In this document: one piece after another, positions 18,477-27,536 of the stretch | Numbering within the stretch: the first letter of the stretch is position 1 | Layout of the letters: each line of letters opens with the position of its first letter | From: Beijerinckiaceae bacterium | GTDB taxonomy: Bacteria > Pseudomonadota > Alphaproteobacteria > Rhizobiales > Beijerinckiaceae | DNA length: 45,791 nucleotides | NCBI GenBank assembly: GCA_964658355.1 | Contig: CAZZZJ010000001.1 | Location: forward strand, 1 to 45,791 | Reading direction: 5' to 3' | The notes under the pieces: generated by a model | Databases searched by the model: none | What the model was told of the DNA's origin: nothing | What the model saw: the letters and a program-made list of their open reading frames with translations, nothing else | Program-made: the position numbers and the translations under genes

Positions 18477-18509
18477 CCGGGGGTGGGTGCTTCGTGTGCC
18501 TGCCCCCGG
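18477..18509 (+). terminator. GC-rich hairpin between convergent genes (possible terminator)
   Basis: CCGGGGGTGGGTGC-TTCGT-GTGCCTGCCCCCGG, 14-bp stem with G-U pairs; no U-tract. Confidence 0.45.
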
Positions 18510-18526
18510 GGCTTCGCCCATAAGTT

Positions 18527-19039
18527 CTAGTCGGCTTCCGGCGGCACGCACGACTCTGGAAAATCAGGGGCACGGAAGCCCTCGGATCGGACCTCCTCCA
18601 GTTGCTTGTCCATCTCGTCCATCTCCCGAACGTCGATGTAGTCCAAGGCATGAGGGCTTGCCTGCCTCCGTCTTCGCGACATTTCGCGTTCTATCACAAG
18701 CTCATCCGCGGCTCTGTTGGCGAGCGCCCACTCGCGCTCCAGGTCGAAATTGTGTGCGGTACTATGAATTTCCAAAGCCTTGAGGAAAGCCTCAAGAAAT
18801 AGACGCGGGTCAGTCCAACCCTTGTCTTCAATCTGTGCCGGCCACTCGGCTCGGTCTCCGCGTGCTCTGCCTAAGTCTGACGCCGGGATCGCGTACCACG
18901 ACCCATGACAGAGGCTTTCCATTCCAAATTCGTTTACCGCCCACTCGGCGTTGAGCCAATATATTGGAAGCGAAGTCTCTTCACGAATTAGGGGCGTTAC
19001 CGTGCGATGCACCTCGGCATCCTTTGGCACTTTCGGCAT
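18527..19039 (-). CDS. Hypothetical cargo protein
   Basis: GGGAGAG RBS before ATG 19039; aromatic-rich globular sequence (WLNAEWAV..GMES..WYAIP..EWPAQIEDKGW); more AT-rich. Confidence 0.65.
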   Translation of the reverse strand: MPKVPKDAEVHRTVTPLIREETSLPIYWLNAEWAVNEFGMESLCHGSWYAIPASDLGRARGDRAEWPAQIEDKGWTDPRLFLEAFLKALEIHSTAHNFDLEREWALANRAADELVIEREMSRRRRQASPHALDYIDVREMDEMDKQLEEVRSEGFRAPDFPESCVPPEAD

Positions 19040-19101
19040 AGGCGTCTCTCCCGCTGATCGCGTTCCCACCTAGCGCTTCGCGCCGCCCAAGCGCCAGCGT
19101 T

Positions 19102-19296
19102 TTACCCCCGCCAGCCTGCCCACCGAGCCATCGCGAAGACCGCCACGGCCACCACGGGGAACAGCGCGAGGAAGGCCGCCGCGCCTTGGAGGTCCTGCCC
19201 CGCGGTGCCGTCCTCTACGATCACCCGCCGGGCCATCGCGAGGGTGGGCGTGAAGGTGGCCGCTAAGAGCACCACCGTGGCCGCTGCTTTTTGCAT
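19102..19296 (-). CDS. Small signal-peptide/membrane protein
   Basis: Signal-like N-terminus and a C-terminal hydrophobic helix (AAFLALFPVVAVAVFAMA). Confidence 0.5.
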   Translation of the reverse strand: MQKAAATVVLLAATFTPTLAMARRVIVEDGTAGQDLQGAAAFLALFPVVAVAVFAMARWAGWRG

Positions 19297-19353
19297 CCCG
19301 GTGGGTCTCCTAAGACCGCGAAACGGCAGGGCATGGCGAGCGGCCAGCGAGCG

Positions 19354-20082
19354 CTACAATGGGCGAAGCCCGCTCTCATCAGCACGCCCACTCCGAGGGG
19401 ACGTGCTTTGCACCATCATCCTGGCCGAGACGATGGCGTCATTCAATATCGACGCCAATTCCTGGAATGTCAGGCTGTAGGCTCGCGTGTTCTTCCGGCT
19501 CATCAGCCCGGTGTTCGTAATCCAGATTGGGGCAAGGGGTAGCGGCCTGGACTCGTTCTTAGAGAACCCCATGATGTCATCGTGATAGTGACGGATGCGG
19601 TTGCCGAGCTTGTTGAGGCGATCATAGGGTGAATCGTCGTTCTCGACGTAAATGGTAGGCGCGTCAGAGATTGTTCGTGTGATTGCAACGAGACAGGCTT
19701 GAGCGGCACTTGCTTGTAATAGGCAGCCTTCAAAGCGGGCTACAGCAATTGCGTGGATGCTGGTCGCCGTCGAGTCCGGGAGTAGCGCGAGGTACTCACG
19801 TATTGCGTGGCATCCATCTCGATACTCGGCATTCGCAATGACCGAGCGTCGTAGAAAGTTTGAGACTAAAACTCGGATACGGCCGTAGCCGTCGAAATAG
19901 TCAGGGTGATGCAGCGCGTTCATGCTTGTGAAGGCGACATAGTAATCCGGCATGGCCGGCACGTTGGGCGCCAGACACTCACTTAGCTCGGACAGGTGCG
20001 GCGCGAAAAAAGTATCGAGCGCATCGGGTGACCAGCGCTCGCACATCCCGTTAGTCCACGCCACGTCCGTCTCATTCGCCAT
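19354..20082 (-). CDS. Hypothetical protein, HEPN-like
   Basis: AVARFEGCL ... RLNKLGNRIRHYHDDI; start overlaps the integrase 3' end by 11 nt; more AT-rich. Confidence 0.65.
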   Translation of the reverse strand: MANETDVAWTNGMCERWSPDALDTFFAPHLSELSECLAPNVPAMPDYYVAFTSMNALHHPDYFDGYGRIRVLVSNFLRRSVIANAEYRDGCHAIREYLALLPDSTATSIHAIAVARFEGCLLQASAAQACLVAITRTISDAPTIYVENDDSPYDRLNKLGNRIRHYHDDIMGFSKNESRPLPLAPIWITNTGLMSRKNTRAYSLTFQELASILNDAIVSARMMVQSTSPRSGRADESGLRPL

Positions 20083-21859
20083 GACGGCTCATCTCCCACC
20101 TCAGACCCCTCACCGCCTCGGGCACCTCGATCCTGGCCAGCTCCTCCGCCATCGCCGGCAGCGCGAAGCCACTCCCGTAGGTCCGCCCGACTCCGCCGCC
20201 CCCGGAGTGCCCGGTGAGGGCATCGTGCATCTCTTCCATGATGCGGGCACTCCGAGCCAACCGCTTGAAGGTATGCCGGAAGCTGTGGAAGACCTTCGTG
20301 CTGTCCTTGATGCCTGCCTTTACGCGGAGGTGGCGGTTGAACCACTTGGACCACGCGGCGACCGGCTGGGCCGCCTTATCGTTCTGGAGGCCCGGCCACA
20401 GCGGATCATTCGGCTTGGCCCCGGCATCCACGAGGCTCTGGCGGTAGCGGAGGAGACCGATGCTCTCCAGCGCCGGATGCAGCGGGACCTTACGGCGGGA
20501 CGACGCCGTCTTGATGGACCTCCCCTCGCCCGGCTTGATGTCGAGGTGCCAGACGCCCGAGTCGTCGTCTCGCACGAGGTCGGCCACGCGGAGCTGCGCG
20601 AGTTCGCCTTGGCGGCCCCCCGTGAGCAGTGCGAGGACCGGGAGCCAGAACGCCGCCTCCCCTCCCCCGCCTCCGGGCCTGTCGCCCGAAGTGAAGACCC
20701 CCGTGCCGAAGATGCTGGTGAGGTCGGCCGTGGTGAAGCCCTGCCTCGCCTCCTCCGCTCTGTCGTCCAGGTCCAGCCGCGTGCCCTTACCGAAGGGGTT
20801 GCGGAAGCCCGGCACGGCGTCGAGCTTCCCGGCTGCCTCGGTGTGGCTGACGATGGCGGCGAGGATGTTGCGGTGCTTGTTGATCGTTGAGGCGTGCGGC
20901 AGCGCGTAGCCCTTGAGGTCCCGCTTGAGCAGCTCCCGCAGCGACAGGGCCCGAAGCTTCTCCGGGAGATGAGTCGGCATGCTCGCGAGCGCGTCCCGGA
21001 ACTCCCGCGCCATCTCCCGCGTGAGGTCCCCGATGCGGATGTCACCGTGCCACTCCGTCAACCGGCGCACCGCACGGTCGGCTTCGAGAACCGTCTTGGC
21101 CGCCGGCTTCTTAGACCCCCTCGCCCCGCTCCCCGCCTTCCACGCCGCGTAGGCCTCGGAGAACTTCGGCCCCCGGTTGGCGCTCGGTGCTGGCGTGCGC
21201 ACGATGTCACCGCGCTGCCTGTCGAGCATGAGGGCGTACCCGCGGACGTGGGCACGGAGGACCGCCATGCCGGCCTCGTGGTAGGCCTCGGAGGTCGGAT
21301 CGATCGGTGCATTCTTCCGCCGGAGGTAATCACGGGTCTCCCGGTCCACTGCGTTTGGGTCGGACCGGGCCAAGGCAGCTCGGTACTCCGCATGCTGCTC
21401 TTCCAGCTCCAACCCGAGGGCGTACGCGTAGTCCTCTCCGATCCCGCGGCGGCCTTGAGGCACACCTAAGAGGTCCGGCAGTTGCGCACGCTCCTCCGCC
21501 GACTGGAGGTGCCGGCGCGAGTCGCCATCAGTGCGTTGGGCCTCATCGTCTTTGAGCAGCCCGATGAGCACGTCGCGCTCAATTTCCTCGACGCTTGGCA
21601 GGGTGTGAGCTCGCGGTACTGCCGCCGGAGGTTCGCCCCGCTGGGCACGCTCGGCTGCCTCGAAGTCCGCCATACAATCCCGGAGCTTTCGGGCGCCCGC
21701 TCTCTTCGCTTCGGCGGGGAGCTTGGTCCTGAGGCTGACCTTCCAGTTCGTCTTTCCGGTCCACGGGGCGGGCATGAAGGGCCTGAGGCCAGCCGGGATG
21801 GCGCGGCGAAAGTAGTAGGTGCCGTGCGGGTCCCGGAGGAGATAAGACATCAGCGCCAT
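20072..21859 (-). CDS. Tyrosine integrase with DUF6538-like N-terminus
   Basis: GTYYFRRAIP..LR N-domain; catalytic TGGRQGE, IKT, FHSFRH, LTGH, RTY; next to the tRNA 3' end. Confidence 0.95.
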   Translation of the reverse strand: MALMSYLLRDPHGTYYFRRAIPAGLRPFMPAPWTGKTNWKVSLRTKLPAEAKRAGARKLRDCMADFEAAERAQRGEPPAAVPRAHTLPSVEEIERDVLIGLLKDDEAQRTDGDSRRHLQSAEERAQLPDLLGVPQGRRGIGEDYAYALGLELEEQHAEYRAALARSDPNAVDRETRDYLRRKNAPIDPTSEAYHEAGMAVLRAHVRGYALMLDRQRGDIVRTPAPSANRGPKFSEAYAAWKAGSGARGSKKPAAKTVLEADRAVRRLTEWHGDIRIGDLTREMAREFRDALASMPTHLPEKLRALSLRELLKRDLKGYALPHASTINKHRNILAAIVSHTEAAGKLDAVPGFRNPFGKGTRLDLDDRAEEARQGFTTADLTSIFGTGVFTSGDRPGGGGGEAAFWLPVLALLTGGRQGELAQLRVADLVRDDDSGVWHLDIKPGEGRSIKTASSRRKVPLHPALESIGLLRYRQSLVDAGAKPNDPLWPGLQNDKAAQPVAAWSKWFNRHLRVKAGIKDSTKVFHSFRHTFKRLARSARIMEEMHDALTGHSGGGGVGRTYGSGFALPAMAEELARIEVPEAVRGLRWEMSRHGE

Positions 21860-21948
21860 GGCCCGTTGCACTACCGGATTGTATGACCGGAGGCTGCTAA
21901 GGCACTGATATCGGCAGAGTTTTAGGCTTTTCAAGGCCTTAAGAGAAG

Positions 21949-21966
21949 GTGGCGACCCCGCCTGGG
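21949..21966 (+). repeat. att site (tRNA-proximal copy of the 18-bp repeat)
   Basis: Identical to 2173-2190. Confidence 0.93.
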
Positions 21967-22026
21967 CTCGAACCAGGGACCTGCCGCTTAGAAGGCGGCT
22001 GCTCTATCCAGCTGAGCTACGGAGTC
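21950..22026 (-). tRNA. tRNA-Arg(TCT)
   Basis: GACTCCGTAGCTCAGCTGGATAGAGCAGCCGCCTTCTAAGCGGCAGGTCCCTGGTTCGAGCCCAGGCGGGGTCGCCA: 77-nt cloverleaf, anticodon TCT, encoded CCA. Confidence 0.98.
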
Positions 22027-22256
22027 TGGGGGTGCCAGAGCCGCAAAAACCACGGGTCCGGGCCTGGGTCAAGCCTTTCCGCCACCACGCGCTTTTCACC
22101 TTCACAGAAGGCCGAAACGCCCAACCCTTTGATGGGCAAACAGCATTTCCGGTGGATCGTGAGGGGTTAACCACGTCCAAGCGAGCGAAACCGATGGCCG
22201 TCCGAATACCGTCCGAGCTATGAGGTCTCACGAACGGATAACTCGGACGGTTTTCG

Positions 22257-23924
22257 ATGGGCGGCAAGCGCAAGGAAGGACCCCGGCTGCCGGGGGTGAC
22301 CTACTCGAACGTCGCCTGGCAGCTCGACGTCCCGCCGCCCGTGGTGCCGAAGGACCGTAAGCAGGAACTTACGGTCGCCTTCATCGAGAGCCTGTCCGGC
22401 TTGATCCGGGACGTGAAGATCAAGTTCAGCACCGAGTTTTCCGATACGATCCAGCGGGGGTTGCGCGTCAGGATACAGCCGCGTGGGGCGACCTATTTCG
22501 CGCGGGTCCAATACCAGGGGCGTGAATTTCGGCTCCGGATCGGGCGTATCGATGCCTGGACCCTCGCTCATGCCCGGACGGTCTGCGCCTCCATCGTGCG
22601 CCATGTCTCGACCGGCAACGGCCCCCCGACGGACGAGTGGATCGAGCTTCACCGACAGGCGCTCCTTGCCGCCGACGCACGCAAGAAGGGGCACGGCGAT
22701 GCGACGGTCCCCTACGTGCCGGAGGTCATGGCGAGGCAGCCCGCCGCGACGACCTGGACCTACGGCGAGGCCCGGGTCGCTTACGTCGAATGGCTCAAGT
22801 CAGAGGAGGCGGTGGGGAATCTGGCTCCCGCGACCATCCGAAACTACAGCAAGGTGCTGACATGCCCGGCGCTCCTGCCATTCGATGAGCGCCACGTGGC
22901 GCGACTGGAGGCGGCCGACCTCGCCATGGCCGTCGAAGGGCTCGTCAAGGAAGGCAAGCGCAGTCAGGCGAACGACGTCTCGCGGAACATGAAGCGCTTT
23001 TTCCGCTGGCTCGCCGAGCCCGCCCAGGAGCGACGCTCCGGGGTCCGCGAGGGCATCATGGACCGCGTCCGCGCCCCCAAGCTCTCGGGCGTGAAGGGGC
23101 GGCAGCACTTCCCCTCCCTGGCGGAGGCGGGCCTGATCCTCGCGACTTCCAGGGCATCCGGCGTCCTCAATCCGGCGGTTGCGGCGACCGTGCACCTGGC
23201 GGTGTGGACCGGGCAGCGGCGCCTTTCGATCGTCACCGCCGAGGTCGAGCATTTCGAGCCCTGGGACGGTGAGCCGGGATGGGGCCTTTGGCGTTGCTAC
23301 CACCGGAAGGTCCGACGCACGAACCAGACCGGCAAGCCGCATGTCATCCCGCTTCCCCCGGCATGCTGGAGGGTCGTGACGGCCTACCTGACGTGGCACC
23401 GGCTCGAATACGACGGGGCGACGCCCTGGGCATTCCCCAAGCAACGACCTGCAAAGGCCGGGCGGCCCGCGAGGGTGGGCCATCTCGTGGCGGACACGCT
23501 CACGCACACCATGACGGCGATCCCGGGCTCGTTGAGTTCGCCGCACGACATGCGTCGCGTGATCTCGTCCTCTGTCCAGGACGTGGCCGGGATCCACATC
23601 GCCCTCGTCGGCCACGTCCTGGATCATGCCGACGACGAGGTCGGCGTGAGGAAGACCAACGGCACGACGCGGCGCTATACGGAGGCGGAGATGCTGGCCT
23701 TCAAGCGTCCCGTGATGGAAGCGTGGGAGCGACTGCTGGAGCCGGCCGCCGCGGCGGCGGTTTTGCTCCCGCGCGAGGAGCTGAAAGCCGAACTCGTCCG
23801 TCGTCGGGCGGAGCAGCGCGGCGTCAATCGTGATGCCAAGCGAGTCCGGTCGAAGGTGGTGAACAGGAAGCCGCAGGAAGGGACGAACAAACGGCGCGCA
23901 GGGGTGGCAGGGGCTCCAGGCTGA
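22257..23924 (+). CDS. Tyrosine integrase with arm-type DNA-binding N-domain
   Basis: DTIQRGLRVRI...TYF......RLRIG..DAWTLAHAR arm domain; catalytic TGQRR, K, PHDMRR, VLDH, RRY. Confidence 0.92.
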   Translation: MGGKRKEGPRLPGVTYSNVAWQLDVPPPVVPKDRKQELTVAFIESLSGLIRDVKIKFSTEFSDTIQRGLRVRIQPRGATYFARVQYQGREFRLRIGRIDAWTLAHARTVCASIVRHVSTGNGPPTDEWIELHRQALLAADARKKGHGDATVPYVPEVMARQPAATTWTYGEARVAYVEWLKSEEAVGNLAPATIRNYSKVLTCPALLPFDERHVARLEAADLAMAVEGLVKEGKRSQANDVSRNMKRFFRWLAEPAQERRSGVREGIMDRVRAPKLSGVKGRQHFPSLAEAGLILATSRASGVLNPAVAATVHLAVWTGQRRLSIVTAEVEHFEPWDGEPGWGLWRCYHRKVRRTNQTGKPHVIPLPPACWRVVTAYLTWHRLEYDGATPWAFPKQRPAKAGRPARVGHLVADTLTHTMTAIPGSLSSPHDMRRVISSSVQDVAGIHIALVGHVLDHADDEVGVRKTNGTTRRYTEAEMLAFKRPVMEAWERLLEPAAAAAVLLPREELKAELVRRRAEQRGVNRDAKRVRSKVVNRKPQEGTNKRRAGVAGAPG

Positions 23925-24077
23925 GGCTGTCCCGACGGACGGCGTGGAGACACGTGGATCTCCTCTCCTCACGAAGGGCACGATGTTGATCCGACGGGTC
24001 GATCCGCCGTGCGACGGCCGTGTGCGCGGAACGGTTTGCGTCATGGGGCGGTCGAGGGACCCGTGCCGGCGGCGACC

Positions 24078-25616
24078 TCACATCGGGCATGGCGACGCCG
24101 TGTATTTCGCCTCATAGGCCCGGATGAAGTCGGGGTCGCTGCAGATGCAGCGGCCGGGAGCGGCCTTCGCCTTAGGGTCGGCGTGGTGGCCTCGAAGCGG
24201 CCGGAGGAGGTTGACGCGGGTGCTCGTGGTGGACGCCTCGGGTACCCCCGCCGCATGCTTCACGAGCTCCGCTGCCAGCATGATCCCGGCCAACGCGGAT
24301 TGGAACGCCATGGGCACCGTCGCCCGTACCGGGCGCGCGCCACCGGTGAGGTTGAAGACCACGCCGCCGCAGATCGCCCCCTGGTAGAAATTGCGAAGGG
24401 GCCTGCCCACGAAGGGCATCAGTTCCGCGACGGGCACCCCCAGGCGTTCGGCGACCCTCGTCACGAAAGCCGTGTCCACCGGACCGTTGGTCGCCAGCAG
24501 GCCTCGGACTTCCAATACTGCGTCGGGAAGGCCGATCTCCTCGGCGACCTTCTGATCCTCGGCCTTCACCTGACCGTCCGGAAGGTAGAGGCAGGCAAGG
24601 CACGCCTTGTCCGATCCAAAGCGGTGGCGCGAGACGCCGAGGTCGATGTCGCGGGTCCAGGCATTCACGATCCATCTCGGCAACGAGGCTTGGACGGCGA
24701 TGCGATCCTCCGCGGTATCGAGGCCGACAGCCACGCGCTCGAAGGACCAGTCCCCCCGCTCCCCGGCATAGTCGCCCCAACGCTTCCGATGGGGAAAGAT
24801 CGTGAGGCGGGTGTCCGCCAGCAGCCTCTCCGCGGCCGTGACCTTCGCCACATCGACCGTCGCCTGGTCGGCGATCACGTACCGCTGCAGATTCGACAGG
24901 TCCACGGCCTCATGGTCGACCAAGTGCAAAGATCCGGCGAGCCCGGGCATGCGCGACAACGCCCAGACCGCCCCGTTACCGATCGCGCCCAGGCCGACGA
25001 GGTGGGCCTCGCCGAGATCGACGGTGTCCGGGTTGAATTCCCGGCCGTGGGGCCCGTTCCCGTAGTCCAACAGGGAAAGCGTGACCTCCGTATCGGGATC
25101 CCCGCCGGGCAGCCGATCGGCGAATACCGTTCGGAAGACGTTCGCGGCCGCGATGCACGCCGCCGCGCCCGCACCGAAGGGATTGCGCGACGGGCCCGAT
25201 CCTTGGGGGCCGGACCGCGAGAGCGTCGCCGTCCAGCCATTCGAGCCTGCGAAGACCATCGTGGCTTCGATGCGCGGGCGGCTCCGGCCGACGACGACGC
25301 ATTCCGTCACCTCGCCGGAATGGCGTGACAGGTCGATGTCAGGGTTGATGGACAGCGCCAGCTGCATGAGGCTGTCACGGGCCGACTCGGCATGGTGGTC
25401 GAGAGCGATCAGGCACACCGAGGGATGCAGGCGAGAGACCAGCCTCACGAGAAGGTCGAGGGTCGCTGCCGCCTCCGTCGACCGGATGGCCTCGACGTCG
25501 AACGCGATCCCGATGACATGTCCGTCCAGGGTCCCGCGGAAGGCCGGAAGGTCGAAGCCGCTGAGGACCTGGGAGGCAGCGGTGGCGGCGCGGTTAAAGA
25601 AATTGGCGAAGGCCAT
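24078..25616 (-). CDS. bilD: E1 ubiquitin-like activating enzyme (N-terminal domain plus ThiF domain), type II Bil BilD-like
   Basis: GLGAIGNG, VDHEAVDLSNLQRY, GLDT, Zn sites CLACLY and CIC, candidate catalytic Cys in GAICGG (C416 from ATG 25616). Confidence 0.85.
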   Translation of the reverse strand: MAFANFFNRAATAASQVLSGFDLPAFRGTLDGHVIGIAFDVEAIRSTEAAATLDLLVRLVSRLHPSVCLIALDHHAESARDSLMQLALSINPDIDLSRHSGEVTECVVVGRSRPRIEATMVFAGSNGWTATLSRSGPQGSGPSRNPFGAGAAACIAAANVFRTVFADRLPGGDPDTEVTLSLLDYGNGPHGREFNPDTVDLGEAHLVGLGAIGNGAVWALSRMPGLAGSLHLVDHEAVDLSNLQRYVIADQATVDVAKVTAAERLLADTRLTIFPHRKRWGDYAGERGDWSFERVAVGLDTAEDRIAVQASLPRWIVNAWTRDIDLGVSRHRFGSDKACLACLYLPDGQVKAEDQKVAEEIGLPDAVLEVRGLLATNGPVDTAFVTRVAERLGVPVAELMPFVGRPLRNFYQGAICGGVVFNLTGGARPVRATVPMAFQSALAGIMLAAELVKHAAGVPEASTTSTRVNLLRPLRGHHADPKAKAAPGRCICSDPDFIRAYEAKYTASPCPM

Positions 25617-25618
25617 GG

Positions 25619-26104
25619 TCACTCCACGATCTCGATGAGGCGGCGCACTTCGGGCGTCCGGATCCCGCGCCAGCGCCCGCTCGCATCGAGCCGGAAGGTC
25701 GCGGTGGTCGCGAGTTCGAAACGTCCCGTGGCGTAGTCCGGCACCACCAGCGACAGACATCCGACCCGGGTGGCGACGGCGAAGTCGTCGTCCGTGCCTG
25801 AGTGGTAGGCCCTTCCGGGGTGGCTATGGATCTGCGCGACGAGCGTCAGCCTGTGCTCGAAGAGCCATTTGTTGATGCGGTGCAGTTCATCCGGGCCCAC
25901 CACGACGCAGACGCCGTCGGCGGTCCGGACGTGGCGTTGCGCAGGAATGATCGCCTCAAGCACCGTGAAGCGGGCCCCGTCCTGCTTCCCGACCCAGAGG
26001 CCGAGGCCCTCGTGTCCGTCTTGGCCGACGGCACGCATGTGCAGCTGGACCTGTTCGATGCAGGTCCGGGGCACGACGACGCGTGCGACGTCGGAAAGCG
26101 TCAT
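25619..26104 (-). CDS. bilC: JAB/MPN+ deubiquitinase, BilC-like
   Basis: HEGLGLW..., QIHSHPGRAYHSGTDD JAMM motif; ATGA overlap with the E2 gene. Confidence 0.88.
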   Translation of the reverse strand: MTLSDVARVVVPRTCIEQVQLHMRAVGQDGHEGLGLWVGKQDGARFTVLEAIIPAQRHVRTADGVCVVVGPDELHRINKWLFEHRLTLVAQIHSHPGRAYHSGTDDDFAVATRVGCLSLVVPDYATGRFELATTATFRLDASGRWRGIRTPEVRRLIEIVE

Positions 26105-26721
26105 TCGGGTATCGCGTCGAACGACGCCCCCAGCCCTCCCAACGTCACCTTCACGTCCTGGATCTGGATCTGGTCGAACGGGTCCACGCCGTACTTCCAG
26201 ATCTGGTTCAGGATGAAGTCCAAGGAGCCTTCGCCAGAACCCCGGTGCAGAAGCCATGAGTCACCTGTGTGCGCCGGATGATCGTGGTACTCGCGGACCC
26301 CCGGCAGGCAGAGGAACGGCGGCTCCTCGGGACCGTGAAACTGGATGATGTTCGAGAGCACGACCTGGCCGCTCTGAAGCATGGCCTGCAGCATCTCCGG
26401 AGGCATCGACGGCATCGGCGGCCGCCGCAGCATCGAGATGGTGAGGTCCTTGGCGAGTAGGGGCGCCCGGGTGAACGGGTCGACGAACGTCACGGACGGC
26501 GGGCGCAGGTCGTAGTTGGAGAAGTCGAGCACTGCGCCCGCCACGAGCACCGTGGGCTTGACCTTCCTGGAGGCGAAGAGGACCAGCGCCTTCGGAAAGG
26601 ACGCGTCGACCAGGAAGCAGCCCCGCCCGTGATGGTGGGCTTCCCGGTCGCGATACCTCGCGATCTCGCGATCGAACTTCGTGCGTGAGACCGTCGGATC
26701 GACGGACTGTATCTCAGGCAC
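26101..26721 (-). CDS. bilB: E2-like conjugating enzyme (CEHH family), BilB-like
   Basis: DFSNYDLRPPSVTFVDP E2-like segment; FLCLPGVREYHDHPAH (C138, E, H, H). Confidence 0.82.
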   Translation of the reverse strand: MPEIQSVDPTVSRTKFDREIARYRDREAHHHGRGCFLVDASFPKALVLFASRKVKPTVLVAGAVLDFSNYDLRPPSVTFVDPFTRAPLLAKDLTISMLRRPPMPSMPPEMLQAMLQSGQVVLSNIIQFHGPEEPPFLCLPGVREYHDHPAHTGDSWLLHRGSGEGSLDFILNQIWKYGVDPFDQIQIQDVKVTLGGLGASFDAIPE

Positions 26722-27442
26722 CGGCCACCCCCGCCTTCAGGCTCAGGTAGAGCGTGACATCCCGGCCGAAGCCGAACGAGCCGACGGTCGCGGCGAGGTC
26801 GAGGCTGACACCCGCATCGTCCTTCAGCTCCCAGTTCTCCGGCGGCTGCCCGACGTTCTCGGTCTGCGTCAGCGCCTTTTCCCGGACCGTCGCCAAGAGA
26901 TCCCCCGCCTTCGCGGCGACCACCGTGGGTTCCCCGTTGACGACGACGGTGATCGATACCGATCCGTCGTGGCCTTCGGCCCTGGGTGCCGTCGCGAACC
27001 GCTCCACGCCTGGCTTGTCCAGGTCGAAGAGTTCGTTGTCGCGGATGAGGATGTCGCTGCCACCGCGGACGTCGAGAAAGACGTCGTGCGCGGCGGGATC
27101 GACTTTTGCCAGTCCCTTGAGCACGCGACCGCTGATCATCGGGACGCCCCATTCCTCGTCCTGGTCGTTGATCAGGAAACGGAAGAAGCGGTCGGTCCGG
27201 AACACCAGGACCTGTTCGACGCCGTGCCCGCGAAGGTCGAAGGTCTCGTCCAGGCGGAGCGTCTCCAACGCCCCGTCGGGCATGAACGCGACGGCGGCAT
27301 GATCCTCGACCGGCAGGGCCCCTGCCGCCTTGAGGATCTGGCGCCCCGTGGGAACCGGATCAGGGAGCGTGATGGTGCGGAAGTCCAGGTCGGGGCCGCC
27401 GACCTGGATCTGGAAACGGTCGGGGTCGTGGTGGTCGTTCAT
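26714..27442 (-). CDS. bilA: Multi-ubiquitin-like protein (three beta-grasp domains), BilA-like
   Basis: Two multi-ubiquitin repeats (TGRQILKAAG..DETFDL..GVE; SGRVLKGLA..NELFDL..PGVERF) plus a DUF2604-like Ubl ending LSLKAGVAGA. Confidence 0.85.
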   Translation of the reverse strand: MNDHHDPDRFQIQVGGPDLDFRTITLPDPVPTGRQILKAAGALPVEDHAAVAFMPDGALETLRLDETFDLRGHGVEQVLVFRTDRFFRFLINDQDEEWGVPMISGRVLKGLAKVDPAAHDVFLDVRGGSDILIRDNELFDLDKPGVERFATAPRAEGHDGSVSITVVVNGEPTVVAAKAGDLLATVREKALTQTENVGQPPENWELKDDAGVSLDLAATVGSFGFGRDVTLYLSLKAGVAGA

Positions 27443-27536
27443 CGTGGAGCCTCGCTGGTCGATCAGGGGCCGCCTCGGAACGGGCCTGCCCTTCTGCCTT
27501 CTCAGCGAAGCTCCACCACCCGATCCGGTAATCGCG

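Larger units (their letters stand above)
2173..21966. mobile_element. ~19.8-kb integrative element (phage-satellite-like, T7-related) inserted at the tRNA-Arg 3' end
   Basis: 18-bp terminal direct repeats; tyrosine integrase next to the tRNA; excisionase-like HTH, repressor and phage internal-virion-like genes inside; host genes resume outside. Confidence 0.9.

Noticed and set aside
2173-21966. Complete inducible prophage
   Set aside because: No capsid, portal, terminase, tail, DNA polymerase or full RNAP between the att sites; a decayed prophage remains a possible alternative to a satellite
21949-22170. 73-aa ORF MATPPGLEPGTCRLEGGCSIQLSY
   Set aside because: Translation of the tRNA antisense strand, a classic false ORF
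24078-26721. Thiamine/molybdopterin ThiF-MoeB pathway or CBASS Cap2/Cap3
   Set aside because: No thiS/thiG/moa genes and no CD-NTase; a separate E2 and a multi-Ubl fit Bil
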